A stretch of 64,000 nt of DNA from contig CAVPQB010000004.1 in assembly GCA_963707505.1 (NCBI GenBank), forward strand, positions 1,024,001-1,088,000, written 5' to 3'. Below, in pieces: positions 9,860 to 20,139 of the stretch (position 1 is the stretch's first letter; every line of letters begins with the position of its first letter). The translations under genes were made by a program, and so were the position numbers. This DNA is from an uncultured Gemmatimonadales bacterium. GTDB lineage: Bacteria > Gemmatimonadota > Gemmatimonadetes > Gemmatimonadales > Gemmatimonadaceae. The notes under the pieces were generated by a model. That model saw only the letters and a program-made list of their open reading frames with translations, was not told the DNA's origin and searched no databases.

Positions 9860-10586
9860 CACGAGTGATTACGGCACGATCGTAATCGTCGGCGGTGGGT
9901 GCTACGGCTCCTATTACGTACGTCAGCTCGATCGTGCCCGTGCAGCGGGTGCAATCAGATTTGAGAAGGTACTCGTCGTTGACCATTCGGCGAAATGCGC
10001 CGTCGCGGGTATAGAGTCGGACGCCGAGCTCGTGATTGCGGAGTGGGCGGAATTTTTCGATGACTATCTCAACGCCGCGCCCGACGACACTCGCGACGCG
10101 ATAGTTCCGTCGCCGCTCATGCCGCACCTGATGTACCAGTGGCTGCGGGACAGAGCAAAAACGCGTTGGCCGCAACGTATCGTCGAGACTCGCGCTTTGA
10201 CTCTCGAGCCGGATACGCCATGGAAGAGTGCGGCGCCCGATGGAACATTCTACGCCAGTTATGCGACGTGGACCTGTCCCATCAACTGCGTCGAGCCGCG
10301 GCTCTGCCCGCATACCCGAGCCGCGCGAAGCTGGACCATGCCAAGCGCTGCCGTCGAGCTCGTAGAGAGATCCGCAGGCGCGGGCGAGCCATTGCAGGGG
10401 CCGGTTATATTTCACTGTAGCCACCGCGCGTTCGGCGTTGGGATGTTCGATACGCGCGATGTGGTTGCCGCCGACAGGCTGGTCCAACGCGTGGCAGCTG
10501 ATTCAGCCGCGAACGTGCTCGTCGGGACAGTTTCGCATTGCCACGGTGCGTTCAACATTCTTCACGTCGGCGCTGAAACCTCATAG
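9846..10586 (+). CDS. Conserved-looking hypothetical protein with Rossmann-like start and Cys/His clusters
   Basis: IVIVGGGCYG; CPINCVEPRLCPHT; HCSHR; SHCHG. Confidence 0.7.
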   Translation: MSGPDTSDYGTIVIVGGGCYGSYYVRQLDRARAAGAIRFEKVLVVDHSAKCAVAGIESDAELVIAEWAEFFDDYLNAAPDDTRDAIVPSPLMPHLMYQWLRDRAKTRWPQRIVETRALTLEPDTPWKSAAPDGTFYASYATWTCPINCVEPRLCPHTRAARSWTMPSAAVELVERSAGAGEPLQGPVIFHCSHRAFGVGMFDTRDVVAADRLVQRVAADSAANVLVGTVSHCHGAFNILHVGAETS

Positions 10587-10592
10587 AAATTC

Positions 10593-11577
10593 ATGAGTAA
10601 GACTTTTGAATATGACGTCATAATCGTCGGTGCCGGTCCCGCTGGGATGACCGCAGGGATGTACGCCGGACGATCGATGTTGAAGACAGTGATCATCGAG
10701 CGCGGTGGTTCGGGCGGAGAGCTGCTCAACACCGAAGCGATCGAAGACTATCCAGGCTTCGAGCACATCGAGGGCTGGGATCTCGCGCAGCGCTTCGAGA
10801 GTCATGCAAAGAAATTTGGTGCTGAGTTTCATCAGGGTGTCGTGCTCTCGGTCAGGCGCCTCGAGGACGGAACGTTCGACGTCGAGACCGAGTCGGGCGA
10901 CGTTTACCACGCACCGACTGCGATAGTCACGGCTGGTGGTACGCCGATCAAGCTCGGCGTCCCCGGCGAGACCGAGTATGCAGGGAAGGGTGTGTCCTAC
11001 TGCGCCATCTGCGACGGTGCATTCTTCAAGGGCCACACTATCGCCGTTGTCGGTGGCGGTGATGCCGCCGTCGAAGAGAGTGACTTTCTCACGCGCTATG
11101 CCGAGAAGGTGTATCTGATCCATCGGCGCGACGAGCTGCGCGCTTCCAAGATCCTGCAGAAGCGCCTGCTCGAGAATCCGAAGATTGAAGTGATCTGGGA
11201 TACTCTCGTGGAGCGCGTCGAGGCGGACGAGCATGGTTTCGTGCATAATCTCAAGCTCCGCAACGTGAAAACGCGGCGCCGAGAGCGATCTTGCCGCCAC
11301 GGCGATGTTCGTTTTCATCGGATTCCGTCCGAACACCGGCATCATCGAAGGCCACGTCGATCACGACGAGATGGGTTATCTGCTGACGGACACGAACATG
11401 GAGACGTCGATCGACGGCCTGTTCGCAGCCGGCGACGTGCGCTCGCAGCTCACGCGCCAGGTCACGACTGCCGCGGGTGATGGAACGACCGCGGCCATAG
11501 CTGCCGAGAAATATCTCGCTTCACTGCGCGATTCGTCCGTCGGCCGAATCGTGGCGACGGGCGGATACGCGGTGTGA
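10593..11577 (+). CDS. trxB: Thioredoxin reductase (frameshift near 11280)
   Basis: GAGPAG, GVSYCAICDG, GGGDAAVEE, HRRD; C-terminal FVFIG...FAAGDV...TAAGDG in ORF 11305..11577. Confidence 0.93.
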
Positions 11578-12224
11578 AGATTCTGTCGCGCACCGTCGGT
11601 CCGTTCCAGGAGAACGCGTATCTCGTCGTCGACGAGATGACCGGCGAAGCCGTAATCGTCGATCCCGGCGCAGATGCGGACGATCTTCTCGAGATGATCG
11701 AGTCGAGCGGCGCGACGCTTCGTGCGATCTGGCTTACACACGCGCATCTGGATCACATCGGCGCCGTCTCCGCGATCCGTCGCAGGTTTGCGGGCGTGCC
11801 CGTTCATCTTCATCCGCTCGACCGGCCCGTTTACGATGCGCAATCGTTCTTCGCGGAATCGTACCAGGTTCCGTTCGAGCAACCGGATGCACCCGACGAG
11901 GATCTCGCCCACGGCGATGTTATCCGCGTCGGAAATCTATCGTTCGACGTCATTCACCTCCCGGGCCACAGTCCCGGCCACGTCGTGTTCCACGGACATG
12001 GCATCGTACTAGGCGGCGATGTTCTGTTCGCGGGATCGATCGGACGCACCGATCTCCCGATGGCGAATCCCGAGCACATGCAGGATTCGCTGCGCGAGAT
12101 CGCAGCACTTCCTCGCGAGACGATCGTTTACCCCGGCCACGGTGCCGCGACCACGATCGGCGAGGAGCTCAACAGCAACCCTTTTCTGAACGGAATAGCA
12201 AATGTCAAACGCAACGCGGATTGA
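11574..12224 (+). CDS. MBL-fold metallohydrolase (glyoxalase II/YcbL-like)
   Basis: THAHLDH, PGHSPG, GDVLF, GRTD, PGHG. Confidence 0.92.
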   Translation: MKILSRTVGPFQENAYLVVDEMTGEAVIVDPGADADDLLEMIESSGATLRAIWLTHAHLDHIGAVSAIRRRFAGVPVHLHPLDRPVYDAQSFFAESYQVPFEQPDAPDEDLAHGDVIRVGNLSFDVIHLPGHSPGHVVFHGHGIVLGGDVLFAGSIGRTDLPMANPEHMQDSLREIAALPRETIVYPGHGAATTIGEELNSNPFLNGIANVKRNAD

Positions 12225-13608
12225 GAAGGACCCACTGGGCGAGCTCGCCGTACCGGCCGACGCGATGTACGGCGTGCAGACGCTGCGCGCGGTCCAGAAC
12301 TTCCCGATCAGCGGCATTCGTCCACTCCCTGCGTTCGTGGATGCGGTTGTACGCATCAAGCGTGCGGCAGCGCTGACGCACAAGGAAACCGGCCGCCTGG
12401 AACCTCGGCTCGCCGACGCAATCGTCGCCGCGGCGGACGAAGTGCTCGGTGGCAAGTGGCGTGACCAGTTCATCGTCGATGTGTATCAGGCCGGTGCCGG
12501 TACGTCGCATAACATGAACATCAACGAGGTGCTCGCCAATCGCGCCAACGAGATGCTCGGCAGCGAGCGCGGCAAGTATTCACCGGTTCATCCGAACGAC
12601 CACGTCAACATGGCGCAGTCCACGAATGACGTGATTCCAACTGCGATCCGAATCGCGTGCATCGCGCAACTTCCACAGTTGAACGACTCGATTCAGTCGT
12701 TGATCGACGCGCTCGCGAAGAAGGGAAGGGACTTCGACGGTATAGTGAAGGCCGGACGCACGCACCTTCAGGACGCGATGCCGATCCGGTTGGGCCAGGA
12801 GTTCACCGCATTTGCCGGAACGCTCGCGCGCAATCTCAAGCGCGTGAACCAGGCCGCTGACTATCTGCGTGATCTGGGAATCGGCGGCAGCGCCGTTGGC
12901 ACTGGCGTCAACGTCGAGCCGCAATATCCGGCGCTGATGGTGAAGTACCTGAACACGATGATGGACGGCAACCTTCGCGCAGGCTCCGATCGAATCCAGC
13001 TCATGCAGAGCATGGGTGACGCCGCGGCTTTCAGCGCAGCGATGAAGGTGCTCGCGCTCGATCTCAGCAAGATCGCGAGCGATCTCCGCATCATGGTGAG
13101 CGGCCCGCGCACGGGCCTCGACGAGATCACGTTGCCAGCAGTGCAACCGGGCTCGTCGATCATGCCCGGCAAGATCAATCCGTCCATCGCCGAGATGGTG
13201 AATCAGGTCTGCTTCCAGATCGTGGGTCTGGACGCGTGCGTTGCAGCGGCGGCCGAGCACGGTCAGCTGGAGCTGAACGTCATGATGCCGGTGATTGCAT
13301 ATAATGTTCTGCTCGCCGAGCATATACTCGGCACTGCGTCGCGCACGTTCGCGGAGAGGTGTGTCGCCGGAATCCAGGCCAACGCAGAGCAGTGCGCGTA
13401 CTGGGTCGAGCGTTCAGCAGCGCTCGCGACCGCGCTTGCGCCGCAGATCGGTTACGCGAAGGCGGCGGACATCAGCAAACGATCCGTCAAGGAAGGCGTT
13501 CTGATTCGCGATCTCGTGAAGCGCGAGCATGTGCTGTCGGATACCGAAATCGACGATGTGCTGGATCTCAAGAGGATGACCGAGATCGGAGTACCGGGCA
13601 CGCACTAG
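12202..13608 (+). CDS. Aspartate ammonia-lyase / class II fumarase
   Basis: GSSIMPGKINP signature, GRTHLQDA, QSTND. Confidence 0.92.
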   Translation: MSNATRIEKDPLGELAVPADAMYGVQTLRAVQNFPISGIRPLPAFVDAVVRIKRAAALTHKETGRLEPRLADAIVAAADEVLGGKWRDQFIVDVYQAGAGTSHNMNINEVLANRANEMLGSERGKYSPVHPNDHVNMAQSTNDVIPTAIRIACIAQLPQLNDSIQSLIDALAKKGRDFDGIVKAGRTHLQDAMPIRLGQEFTAFAGTLARNLKRVNQAADYLRDLGIGGSAVGTGVNVEPQYPALMVKYLNTMMDGNLRAGSDRIQLMQSMGDAAAFSAAMKVLALDLSKIASDLRIMVSGPRTGLDEITLPAVQPGSSIMPGKINPSIAEMVNQVCFQIVGLDACVAAAAEHGQLELNVMMPVIAYNVLLAEHILGTASRTFAERCVAGIQANAEQCAYWVERSAALATALAPQIGYAKAADISKRSVKEGVLIRDLVKREHVLSDTEIDDVLDLKRMTEIGVPGTH

Positions 13609-13646
13609 AGAAGCTGGTGTTGGCTTCGATTGCTTTTTAACGGACA

Positions 13647-13700
13647 GGCACGGATGCATCCGTGCCCCACCTTCGCTCGCCATCCCTCCCGGTGGCGAGC
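13647..13700. repeat. Perfect 20-bp palindrome plus adjacent hairpin (REP-like or terminator)
   Basis: ggcacggatgcatccgtgcc at 13647-13666; gctcgcca...tggcgagc at 13675-13700. Confidence 0.65.
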
Positions 13701-13722
13701 CTTGTTATCCGGAGTGGCCGGC

Positions 13723-13755
13723 TTGCCTTTCTCATATAATTAGCTAATATGCTAA
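13723..13755 (+). promoter_or_regulatory. Putative sigma70 promoter overlapped by an ArsR/SdpR-type inverted repeat
   Basis: TTGCCT (13723) N16 TAATAT (13745); inverted repeat TTAGC-taatat-GCTAA at 13740-13755 in an AT-rich island. Confidence 0.55.
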
Positions 13756-13779
13756 GTAACTAATTCTTGGACATTACAG

Positions 13780-14754
13780 ATGCTGACGGCCCTTCTCCTA
13801 TCCGCACTCTCGCTTGCCATGCCTCCCCAGCAAGACAGCATTCCGTCCGTTCCGATCACTCTCAAAACGCCCACCGGCGACATCGCCGGCTCGCTCATGG
13901 TTCGGCCCGGAACTGCCCGATCTCCGGTGGTGCTGATCATCGCCGGATCCGGCCCCACGGACCGCGACGGCAACTCGCCCGTGCCAATTGCGCCCGGCAA
14001 GACACTCGCCACCGATTCATACAAGCTGCTGGCCGAAGCCCTCGCAGCGAACGGCATCGCATCGGTGCGATATGACAAGCGCGGCGTCGGAGCAAGCGCG
14101 AAAGCGATGTCGGGAATGAAAGAGGACGACTACCGCTTCGACATGGGAGTGGACGACGCAGCTGCTTGGATCCGCATGCTGCGCGCGGACCCGCGATTCT
14201 CGAAAGTCGTGGTAGTCGGCCACAGCGAAGGGTCGCTGGTTGGCATGGTTGCAGCGCAGCGCGCGCAAGCCGACGGATTCGTCTCGCTCGAAGGTGCAGG
14301 GCGGCCTGCTGCCGACATACTGCGGGAGCAACTCACAGCGGCCGGCGTGCCACCGGCAATGTTCGAATCCATTCTCGATTCGCTCGTCGCTGGCAGGACA
14401 GTCGCCAACACGCCGCCCGCACTTGCTTCGCTGTTCCGCGCGAGTGTGCAGCCTTACATGATCTCGTGGTTCAGGTACGATCCGGCCGCGGAGCTGAAGA
14501 AGTTGCCGTACGCGACGCTGGTGATTCAGGGAACGCACGACGTGCAGGTCTCCGCGAAGGACGCCGCGCTCCTGGCCGCCGCGCCCGGCGCGACGCTCGT
14601 CACGATCGACGGGATGACGCACGTGCTGAAACTCGGACCAGCTGACAAGGCGGCGCAGACCATGACGGTGTATTCCGATCCGCGCATTCAGATCGCGCCG
14701 GAAGTTGTATCCGCGATCGTCGCATACGTTGGCGCCGCGCCACACGCGCGGTGA
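13780..14754 (+). CDS. Secreted alpha/beta hydrolase
   Basis: Signal peptide; AGSGPTDRDGN, YDKRG, GHSEG nucleophile, QGTHDVQV, MTHVLK. Confidence 0.88.
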   Translation: MLTALLLSALSLAMPPQQDSIPSVPITLKTPTGDIAGSLMVRPGTARSPVVLIIAGSGPTDRDGNSPVPIAPGKTLATDSYKLLAEALAANGIASVRYDKRGVGASAKAMSGMKEDDYRFDMGVDDAAAWIRMLRADPRFSKVVVVGHSEGSLVGMVAAQRAQADGFVSLEGAGRPAADILREQLTAAGVPPAMFESILDSLVAGRTVANTPPALASLFRASVQPYMISWFRYDPAAELKKLPYATLVIQGTHDVQVSAKDAALLAAAPGATLVTIDGMTHVLKLGPADKAAQTMTVYSDPRIQIAPEVVSAIVAYVGAAPHAR

Positions 14755-15050
14755 CCGACGCATTCCGCGCACTCGCCGATCCGACCCGCCGCGCGATTCT
14801 CGACCTTCTCCGCAGCGGCTCACTCACGTCCGGAGAGATCGCGGAGCAATTTGGATCGTCGTGGCCAACGATCTCGCGTCATCTGAGCGTACTGAAAGAC
14901 GCAGGTCTCATCAACGCGGAAAAGGAAGGACAGTTCATGCGCTACGAGCTGGCGACAACGGTGTTTCAGGATGTGTTGCAGAAGCTCGCGTCGTGGACCA
15001 AACCATCAGGCGGAGGAGTCGGAGCAACATGCGTGACCATAGCCGGCTGA
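14751..15050 (+). CDS. ArsR/SmtB-family regulator, SdpR-like
   Basis: FRALADPTRRAIL, ISRHLSVLKDAGL, YELATTVFQD; no metal-binding Cys box in the HTH. Confidence 0.88.
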   Translation: MTDAFRALADPTRRAILDLLRSGSLTSGEIAEQFGSSWPTISRHLSVLKDAGLINAEKEGQFMRYELATTVFQDVLQKLASWTKPSGGGVGATCVTIAG

Positions 15051-15723
15051 TCTCGTTTCTGCTGGTCGTTGCGGCGTTCGCGATTTCGATCGTTGCATTT
15101 CCGCATCTGCCGGCGATCGTCCCGACGCATTGGGGAATTTCCGGACATGCCGGATCATTTCGGTAGCCGCAGTCCAGGGAGCGTTTCTGCTTCCGGTGGC
15201 GATGCTTGGCCGCGTGGATCATGGTCGGGTTCGTGCCGCGGTACGATCAGGATCGCTGTTCACCAGGTACGACGACCGCGTGACTCGGATGCGTCGACTG
15301 TGCGCCCAGCATACAACGTCGGTCGTCGTCGCTGCGCTCATCGCATCGATGCTCGCGATTCACGGTTTCGACGATCACGAGCACGCTCGGTCTGGTCGAC
15401 GCAGAGCAGACAGCCAGCTGCTGACTCGCGTTGATCGTCTCGACTCGGCATGATCGTGATCGGCAACTACATGCCGCGCGTAACGCGGCGCAACGCGTTC
15501 GTCGGGGTGCAGACTTCCGTGGGCGTACGCGAGTGAGGAAGTGTGGCGTCGAACTCAGCGTGCAGGCGGGTATGGCATGGTCGCCGCGGGAATTGTCGGC
15601 CTGATCGGTGCGCTTGCGTTTCCCAGTCACCCGTCAAGCCGCTTTTCGCGGCGCTCCTGGCGCAGTTGATTGTCGTCGCGATCTACTCGTATTCGATCGC
15701 TCATTCCAGCGAGGTGCCGCTGA
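15029..15723 (+). CDS. SdpI/DUF1648-family membrane protein (multiply frameshifted, 3' end approximate)
   Basis: PHLPAIVPTHWG, then IGNYMPRVTRRNAFVG, ASEEVWRRTQRAGG pieces in shifting frames. Confidence 0.7.
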
Positions 15724-15778
15724 GCGCTCGCGTCGCAAGGCCCTTGCTCCGAGCCCTGCCGGCCGGTATCCTCCACTG

Positions 15779-16237
15779 ATGCGGATCACTACTTGGGCTG
15801 AATACGGTGTAATCTGCGCGCTGCACCTGGCGCGTCGGTCCGAAGACGGTCCTGTGACCGGACGCGACATCGCCGCACAGGAGCGCTTGCCAGCGGATTA
15901 CGTCGAACAGATACTCCTCAGGCTCCGTCGCGCCGATGTCATCAAGAGCGTTCGCGGTGCGCGCGGCGGCTACATGCTGGCCCGGCCGTCCAGCGAGATC
16001 ACTATCCGCGACGTGATCCACGCCTCCGAGCTCGAGACGTTCGACCTGCACTGCGTCAGTCATCCCGTAGAGGAGATGCGTTGCGCAGCGTCACACAACT
16101 GCAGCATCCGTCCGATCTGGGTGATGCTGCAGCAGAAGATCGACAACGTCCTGGAAAGCGTTCATCTCTCCGACCTGCTACACGACGAGCCGACGGTGCG
16201 CGAGCGCATCGGTCTGCCGATCCTGGAAACGGTCTAA
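15779..16237 (+). CDS. Rrf2-family transcriptional regulator
   Basis: YVEQILLRL, SVRGARGGYML, three Cys (CVSH...RC...NC). Confidence 0.92.
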   Translation: MRITTWAEYGVICALHLARRSEDGPVTGRDIAAQERLPADYVEQILLRLRRADVIKSVRGARGGYMLARPSSEITIRDVIHASELETFDLHCVSHPVEEMRCAASHNCSIRPIWVMLQQKIDNVLESVHLSDLLHDEPTVRERIGLPILETV

Positions 16238-16308
16238 CAGGTTTGGCCTAGCAGTTTCAGAGTGGCGGCGCCAGCGGTGCTGGGCGCAGATCCACCTGCA
16301 GGCGGGCA

Positions 16309-16392
16309 TGCTCGGGGCGGGACTCGAACCCGCACGGCCTTTCGGCCACAGCGTTCTGAGCGCTGCGTGTATACCAGTTTCACCACCCGAGC
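16309..16392 (-). tRNA. tRNA-Leu(CAG)
   Basis: Reverse strand GCTCGGG...CAGCG-CT-CAG-AA-CGCTG, long variable arm, GGTTCGAGTCC T-arm, acceptor CCCGAGC-A; CCA not encoded. Confidence 0.95.
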
Positions 16393-16550
16393 GAAGCGGC
16401 TGAGTGCCGCAGTGCGCCGCCTTCGATTCGGAAACCAGCCCGAACCGGACGCCAAATCCCGAGAGCGGTGTCACACTCACCGGAAGCCTCTCAACATAGC
16501 CGCACGGACGGGGTGGCGCAACGCCGCCCCACACACCTAACTTGACAGCC

Positions 16551-17021
16551 ATGCCCGACGTTACCGCCACGCCGGCGCGCCAGTCAATTGCGAAGAACCG
16601 CAGGGCGTCGCACGACTATCAACTCCTCGAGACTTGGGAAGCCGGCATCGCGCTCACGGGTACCGAAGTAAAGGCGCTGCGTGACGGGAAGGCAAACATC
16701 TCCGACGCCTACGGCATTGTTCGCGATGGTGAAGTCTATCTGCTCAATCTCCACATCTCTCCGTACGAGCGCGGCGGCTACGTCAACCACGAGCCGACGC
16801 GCACGCGCAAGCTTCTGTTGCACAAGAAGGAGATTCGCAAGATGATCGGAGCCGTCGAGCGGCAGGGCCTTACACTCGTTCCCCTGGAGCTCTACTTCAA
16901 GGGCGGCCGCGCCAAGGTCGCTCTCGCGCTCGGCAAGGGCAAGAAACTTCACGACAAGCGCGAAGACGCTCGCAAGCGCGACGACGAGCGTGACATGGCG
17001 CGCGCCATGAGGCGCTCGTGA
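16551..17021 (+). CDS. smpB: SsrA-binding protein
   Basis: NRRASHDY, EAGIALTGTEVK, RKLLLHKKEI, GKKLHDKR. Confidence 0.97.
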   Translation: MPDVTATPARQSIAKNRRASHDYQLLETWEAGIALTGTEVKALRDGKANISDAYGIVRDGEVYLLNLHISPYERGGYVNHEPTRTRKLLLHKKEIRKMIGAVERQGLTLVPLELYFKGGRAKVALALGKGKKLHDKREDARKRDDERDMARAMRRS

Positions 17022-17039
17022 GGCGTTCGTGAGGGATTC

Positions 17040-18351
17040 ATGATCGTAGCGGGGCTCGTTCTCCTGCTCCAGACAGCTGCAACCGTTGGTCGTCAGACGA
17101 ACTCGCGCGCGCAGGCTGTGCCGGCGCCTCCTGAATCGGTCGTGGTGCGCACACCCGCGCGCACAACCACGTTGCAGCTCGTCAACACCGCTGGCGTCGT
17201 CGGCGTCGATGCCAGCAAGCTCGCAAGCGCACTCGGCGGAACGTTCAAGCTTACATCGCCAAGCCACTATTCACTGACCGTCGGCGACTCGCACATCAGC
17301 TTCACGGATGCAGTCCCGTTCGCGGGCGACGATTCGACGATAGTTCCGATGACGTCACCACCGCGCGTCGTCGGCAAAAACGTCATCCTCCCGTTCTTCG
17401 TTGTGACCGAGTTGGTGCCGCGCTTTTTTTCGGGCTACATGTACGACCCGGACCTGCACGAGGTACGTCAGTTCGACAGTGCTGCGCGCCGAGTGCAGGC
17501 GCGAGCAGCAGCGCCACCCGATACGCCTGCGGCTGGCGCAACGCCGCGCGACATCGGTGAGGCTGCGGCCATAGCACGGGTCGCCTCGGAGACGCCCGTT
17601 CGTGTCAAGCGGCCTGGCCATCGCCTGATCGTCGTCGATGCGGGACATGGTGGAGTCGATCCTGGAATGCATGGACCTATCGGCGGCGGGCCGCAGATCC
17701 TGGAGAAGAACATCACCCTCGCCGTGTCGAAAATGCTCGCTACAGCGCTGCGCGACGAGGGCGCCGATGTGTTGATGACACGCACCACGGACACGCTGAT
17801 CGGTCTGTACGATCGCGGCCCGATCGCCAACAAGGCGCGCGGCGACATCTTCGTTTCGATTCACGTCAACGCAACCGGCCAGCGCGGGGCCGCCGCTGCG
17901 CGAGACCGCGGTTATGAGACGTACTTTCTTGCCGAAGCGAAGACGGAAGATGCAAAGCGTGTGGAACGCATGGAAAACGAAGCCGTGCGTTTCGAGACCG
18001 CCGATCCAAACACGAAGAAGGGCGATCCGCTCAACTTCATTCTCAACGACATGGCGCAGAACGAACACCTGCGCGAGAGCGCGGATCTCGCGGAACAGAT
18101 CGAGTCGGGGTTTCGATCGTTCCATCCCGGCCCGGATCGTGGCGTTCAACAGGCCAACTTCGCCGTGCTTGCGCGGCGCATTCATGCCCGCGGTGCTGGT
18201 CGAGATTGGCTTCGGCACAAACAGGTCCGAAGCCGCGTACATTAGTGATCCGGACAATGAGCGAAAGATCGCGCGCTCGATAGCAAAGTCGATAATGGCG
18301 TACATGGATAGATACGATGCACGCGTCGGCGGCGGGAGCACTGGTAAGTGA
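17040..18351 (+). CDS. N-acetylmuramoyl-L-alanine amidase (Amidase_3; frameshift near 18175)
   Basis: DAGHGGVDPG, EKNITL, SIHVNA; C-terminal MPAVLVEIGF in ORF 17914..18351. Confidence 0.9.
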
Positions 18352-19271
18352 CCGACCTTCGAGTGACGGCAGCGGGTGTACAGTTCCAGAACCCGATCAT
18401 ACTTGCGTCCGGAACCGCCGCCTTCGGCCGCGCGCTCGATGGTGTCGTGGATCTCGATGCGCTCGGCGGCATCGTCACGAAAGCCGTCAGTCTGGAGCCG
18501 CGTGGTGGCAACCTGGCACCTCGCGTCGCGGAGTTCGACGGCGGAATGCTCAACGCCGTGGGCCTCGCGAATCCCGGCGTCGAGGCGGTCAGGCGCGATG
18601 ATCTGCCGTGGCTCGCCGAACATGTCAAGCGCGCGCGCGTGATCGTGAACGTCGTCGGCAGTCGGACCGAAGACTTCGCGGATGTAGTGCGTCATCTGGA
18701 TGACTCCGACATCATCAGCGCGTTCGAGCTCAACGTCAGCTGTCCGAATGTTCGCGCCGGCGGAATCGAATTCTGCGCCGACAGTACGTCGCTCGCGGCA
18801 GTCGTATCTGGCGCCCGATCGGCAACGCGGAAACCGATCTTCGTGAAACTGTCCCCGGTGCTTCCGAATATTGGCGACGCTGCGCTCACTGCCGCGGCCG
18901 CTGGCGCTGATGGAATTACCGTCGTGAACACCCTGCCGGGACTTGTGGTGGACGTCGATGCCCGGCGCCCGCGGATCGGCTTCGGCAGCGGTGGCGCGAG
19001 CGGGCCGGGACTGCTGCCAATCGGCGTGCTGGCGACGCATCGCGTGCGAAGCGCGGTGTCGCTTCCGATCATCGGTGTCGGCGGCGTGACGACTGCGAGC
19101 GACGCACTGCAGTACATGATCGCCGGCGCGTCCCTCGTTGCGATTGGTACTGCAAGCCTGCGCGATCCCCGTGCCGCGGAGCGCATCGTGCGCGATCTGT
19201 CGCGCTGGTGCGACGAACACGATGTGAGCGCGATTCAGAGCATCGTCGGCACGCTGCAGTGGCCCGCATGA
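18348..19271 (+). CDS. pyrD: Dihydroorotate dehydrogenase family 1 catalytic subunit
   Basis: ASGT, NAVGLANPG, ELNVSCPN, KLSP, NTL, IIGVGGV. Confidence 0.93.
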   Translation: MTDLRVTAAGVQFQNPIILASGTAAFGRALDGVVDLDALGGIVTKAVSLEPRGGNLAPRVAEFDGGMLNAVGLANPGVEAVRRDDLPWLAEHVKRARVIVNVVGSRTEDFADVVRHLDDSDIISAFELNVSCPNVRAGGIEFCADSTSLAAVVSGARSATRKPIFVKLSPVLPNIGDAALTAAAAGADGITVVNTLPGLVVDVDARRPRIGFGSGGASGPGLLPIGVLATHRVRSAVSLPIIGVGGVTTASDALQYMIAGASLVAIGTASLRDPRAAERIVRDLSRWCDEHDVSAIQSIVGTLQWPA

Positions 19272-19978
19272 CGGAAGTCCGCACCGCAACGCCGATCGTC
19301 GCTCTGGATTTCTGGATGCCCGACGCCGCGCTGCAGATGGTCGACCTGCTTGGCGACCGGTGCGACTTCTACAAGGTCGGCGGCGAGCTCTTTACTGTGG
19401 CGGGGCCGACCATCGTGCGGCAGCTGGTCGCGCGCGGCAAGCGTGTCTTTCTCGATCTCAAGTTTCACGACATTCCGAACACCGTGGAGAAGGCCGTCGC
19501 CGCGGCCGCGGAGCTGGGCGCGTCGATAGTCACCGTTCACGCGAGTGGTGGCGTGCGGATGATCCGGGCAGCGGTGGAAATCGCGGGACCAGGTTGCGAG
19601 GTCTTCGCCGTGACGGTCCTGACCTCGCTTACGGGCGCCGATCTGGACGCGGCGTGGGGCGGGGAGCGCGGCAGTGGACCCGCCGATCTCACACCCGACG
19701 TTTTACGGCTGGCCAGGCTGGCGCAGGGTGCCGGCGCCGCGGGCGTGGTCTGCAGCGGGCTGGAGGCTCCGGTCCTCAGGGACAGCTTCGGCGCGGCCCT
19801 CAAGCTCCTGGTCCCCGGGGTCCGCCTGCCCGGGAGCGACCGGGGCGACCAGAGCCGCGTTGTGACGCCCGCCGAGGCGGCCAGGGCCGGCGCTTCGTAC
19901 GTGGTGTTGGGCCGAACCGTTACCTCGGCGAATGACCCGGCGGGAGCCATGGATCAGGCGGTTGCGTCTCTGGCCTGA
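19268..19978 (+). CDS. pyrF: Orotidine-5'-phosphate decarboxylase
   Basis: FLDLKFHDIPNTV, TVHASGG, PGVR, DQSRV, LGR. Confidence 0.95.
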   Translation: MTEVRTATPIVALDFWMPDAALQMVDLLGDRCDFYKVGGELFTVAGPTIVRQLVARGKRVFLDLKFHDIPNTVEKAVAAAAELGASIVTVHASGGVRMIRAAVEIAGPGCEVFAVTVLTSLTGADLDAAWGGERGSGPADLTPDVLRLARLAQGAGAAGVVCSGLEAPVLRDSFGAALKLLVPGVRLPGSDRGDQSRVVTPAEAARAGASYVVLGRTVTSANDPAGAMDQAVASLA

Positions 19979-20020
19979 CCGGACTATTTTCAAAGGCTGA
20001 CCCAAAATTCGGAGCAGTTC

Positions 20021-20136
20021 GTGAAAGTACGTAGCAGCGTCAAGCCGATCTGCGAGCACTGCAAGGTGATCAAGCGCCAGGGCGTGATCGCATCATCTGC
20101 AGCCGCAATCCCAAGCACAAGCAGCGTCAGGGTTAA
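20021..20136 (+). CDS. rpmJ: 50S ribosomal protein L36 (one base missing near 20088; absent from ORF track)
   Basis: [25 protein letters not shown]...[14 protein letters not shown]. Confidence 0.93.
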
Positions 20137-20139
20137 TTA

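Noticed and set aside
16309..16392. tRNA-Leu as an integration site
   Set aside because: No integrase and no duplicated tRNA 3' end noticed; flanks are housekeeping genes.
16393..16550. tmRNA next to smpB
   Set aside because: The gap is too short and lacks tRNA-like ends and a tag reading frame.
17355..19289. 644-aa minus-strand ORF, and similar ones at 38327-40138, 41081-42310, 45891-47144, 2010-3113
   Set aside because: Antisense shadows of well-supported genes in GC-rich DNA; no recognisable motifs.
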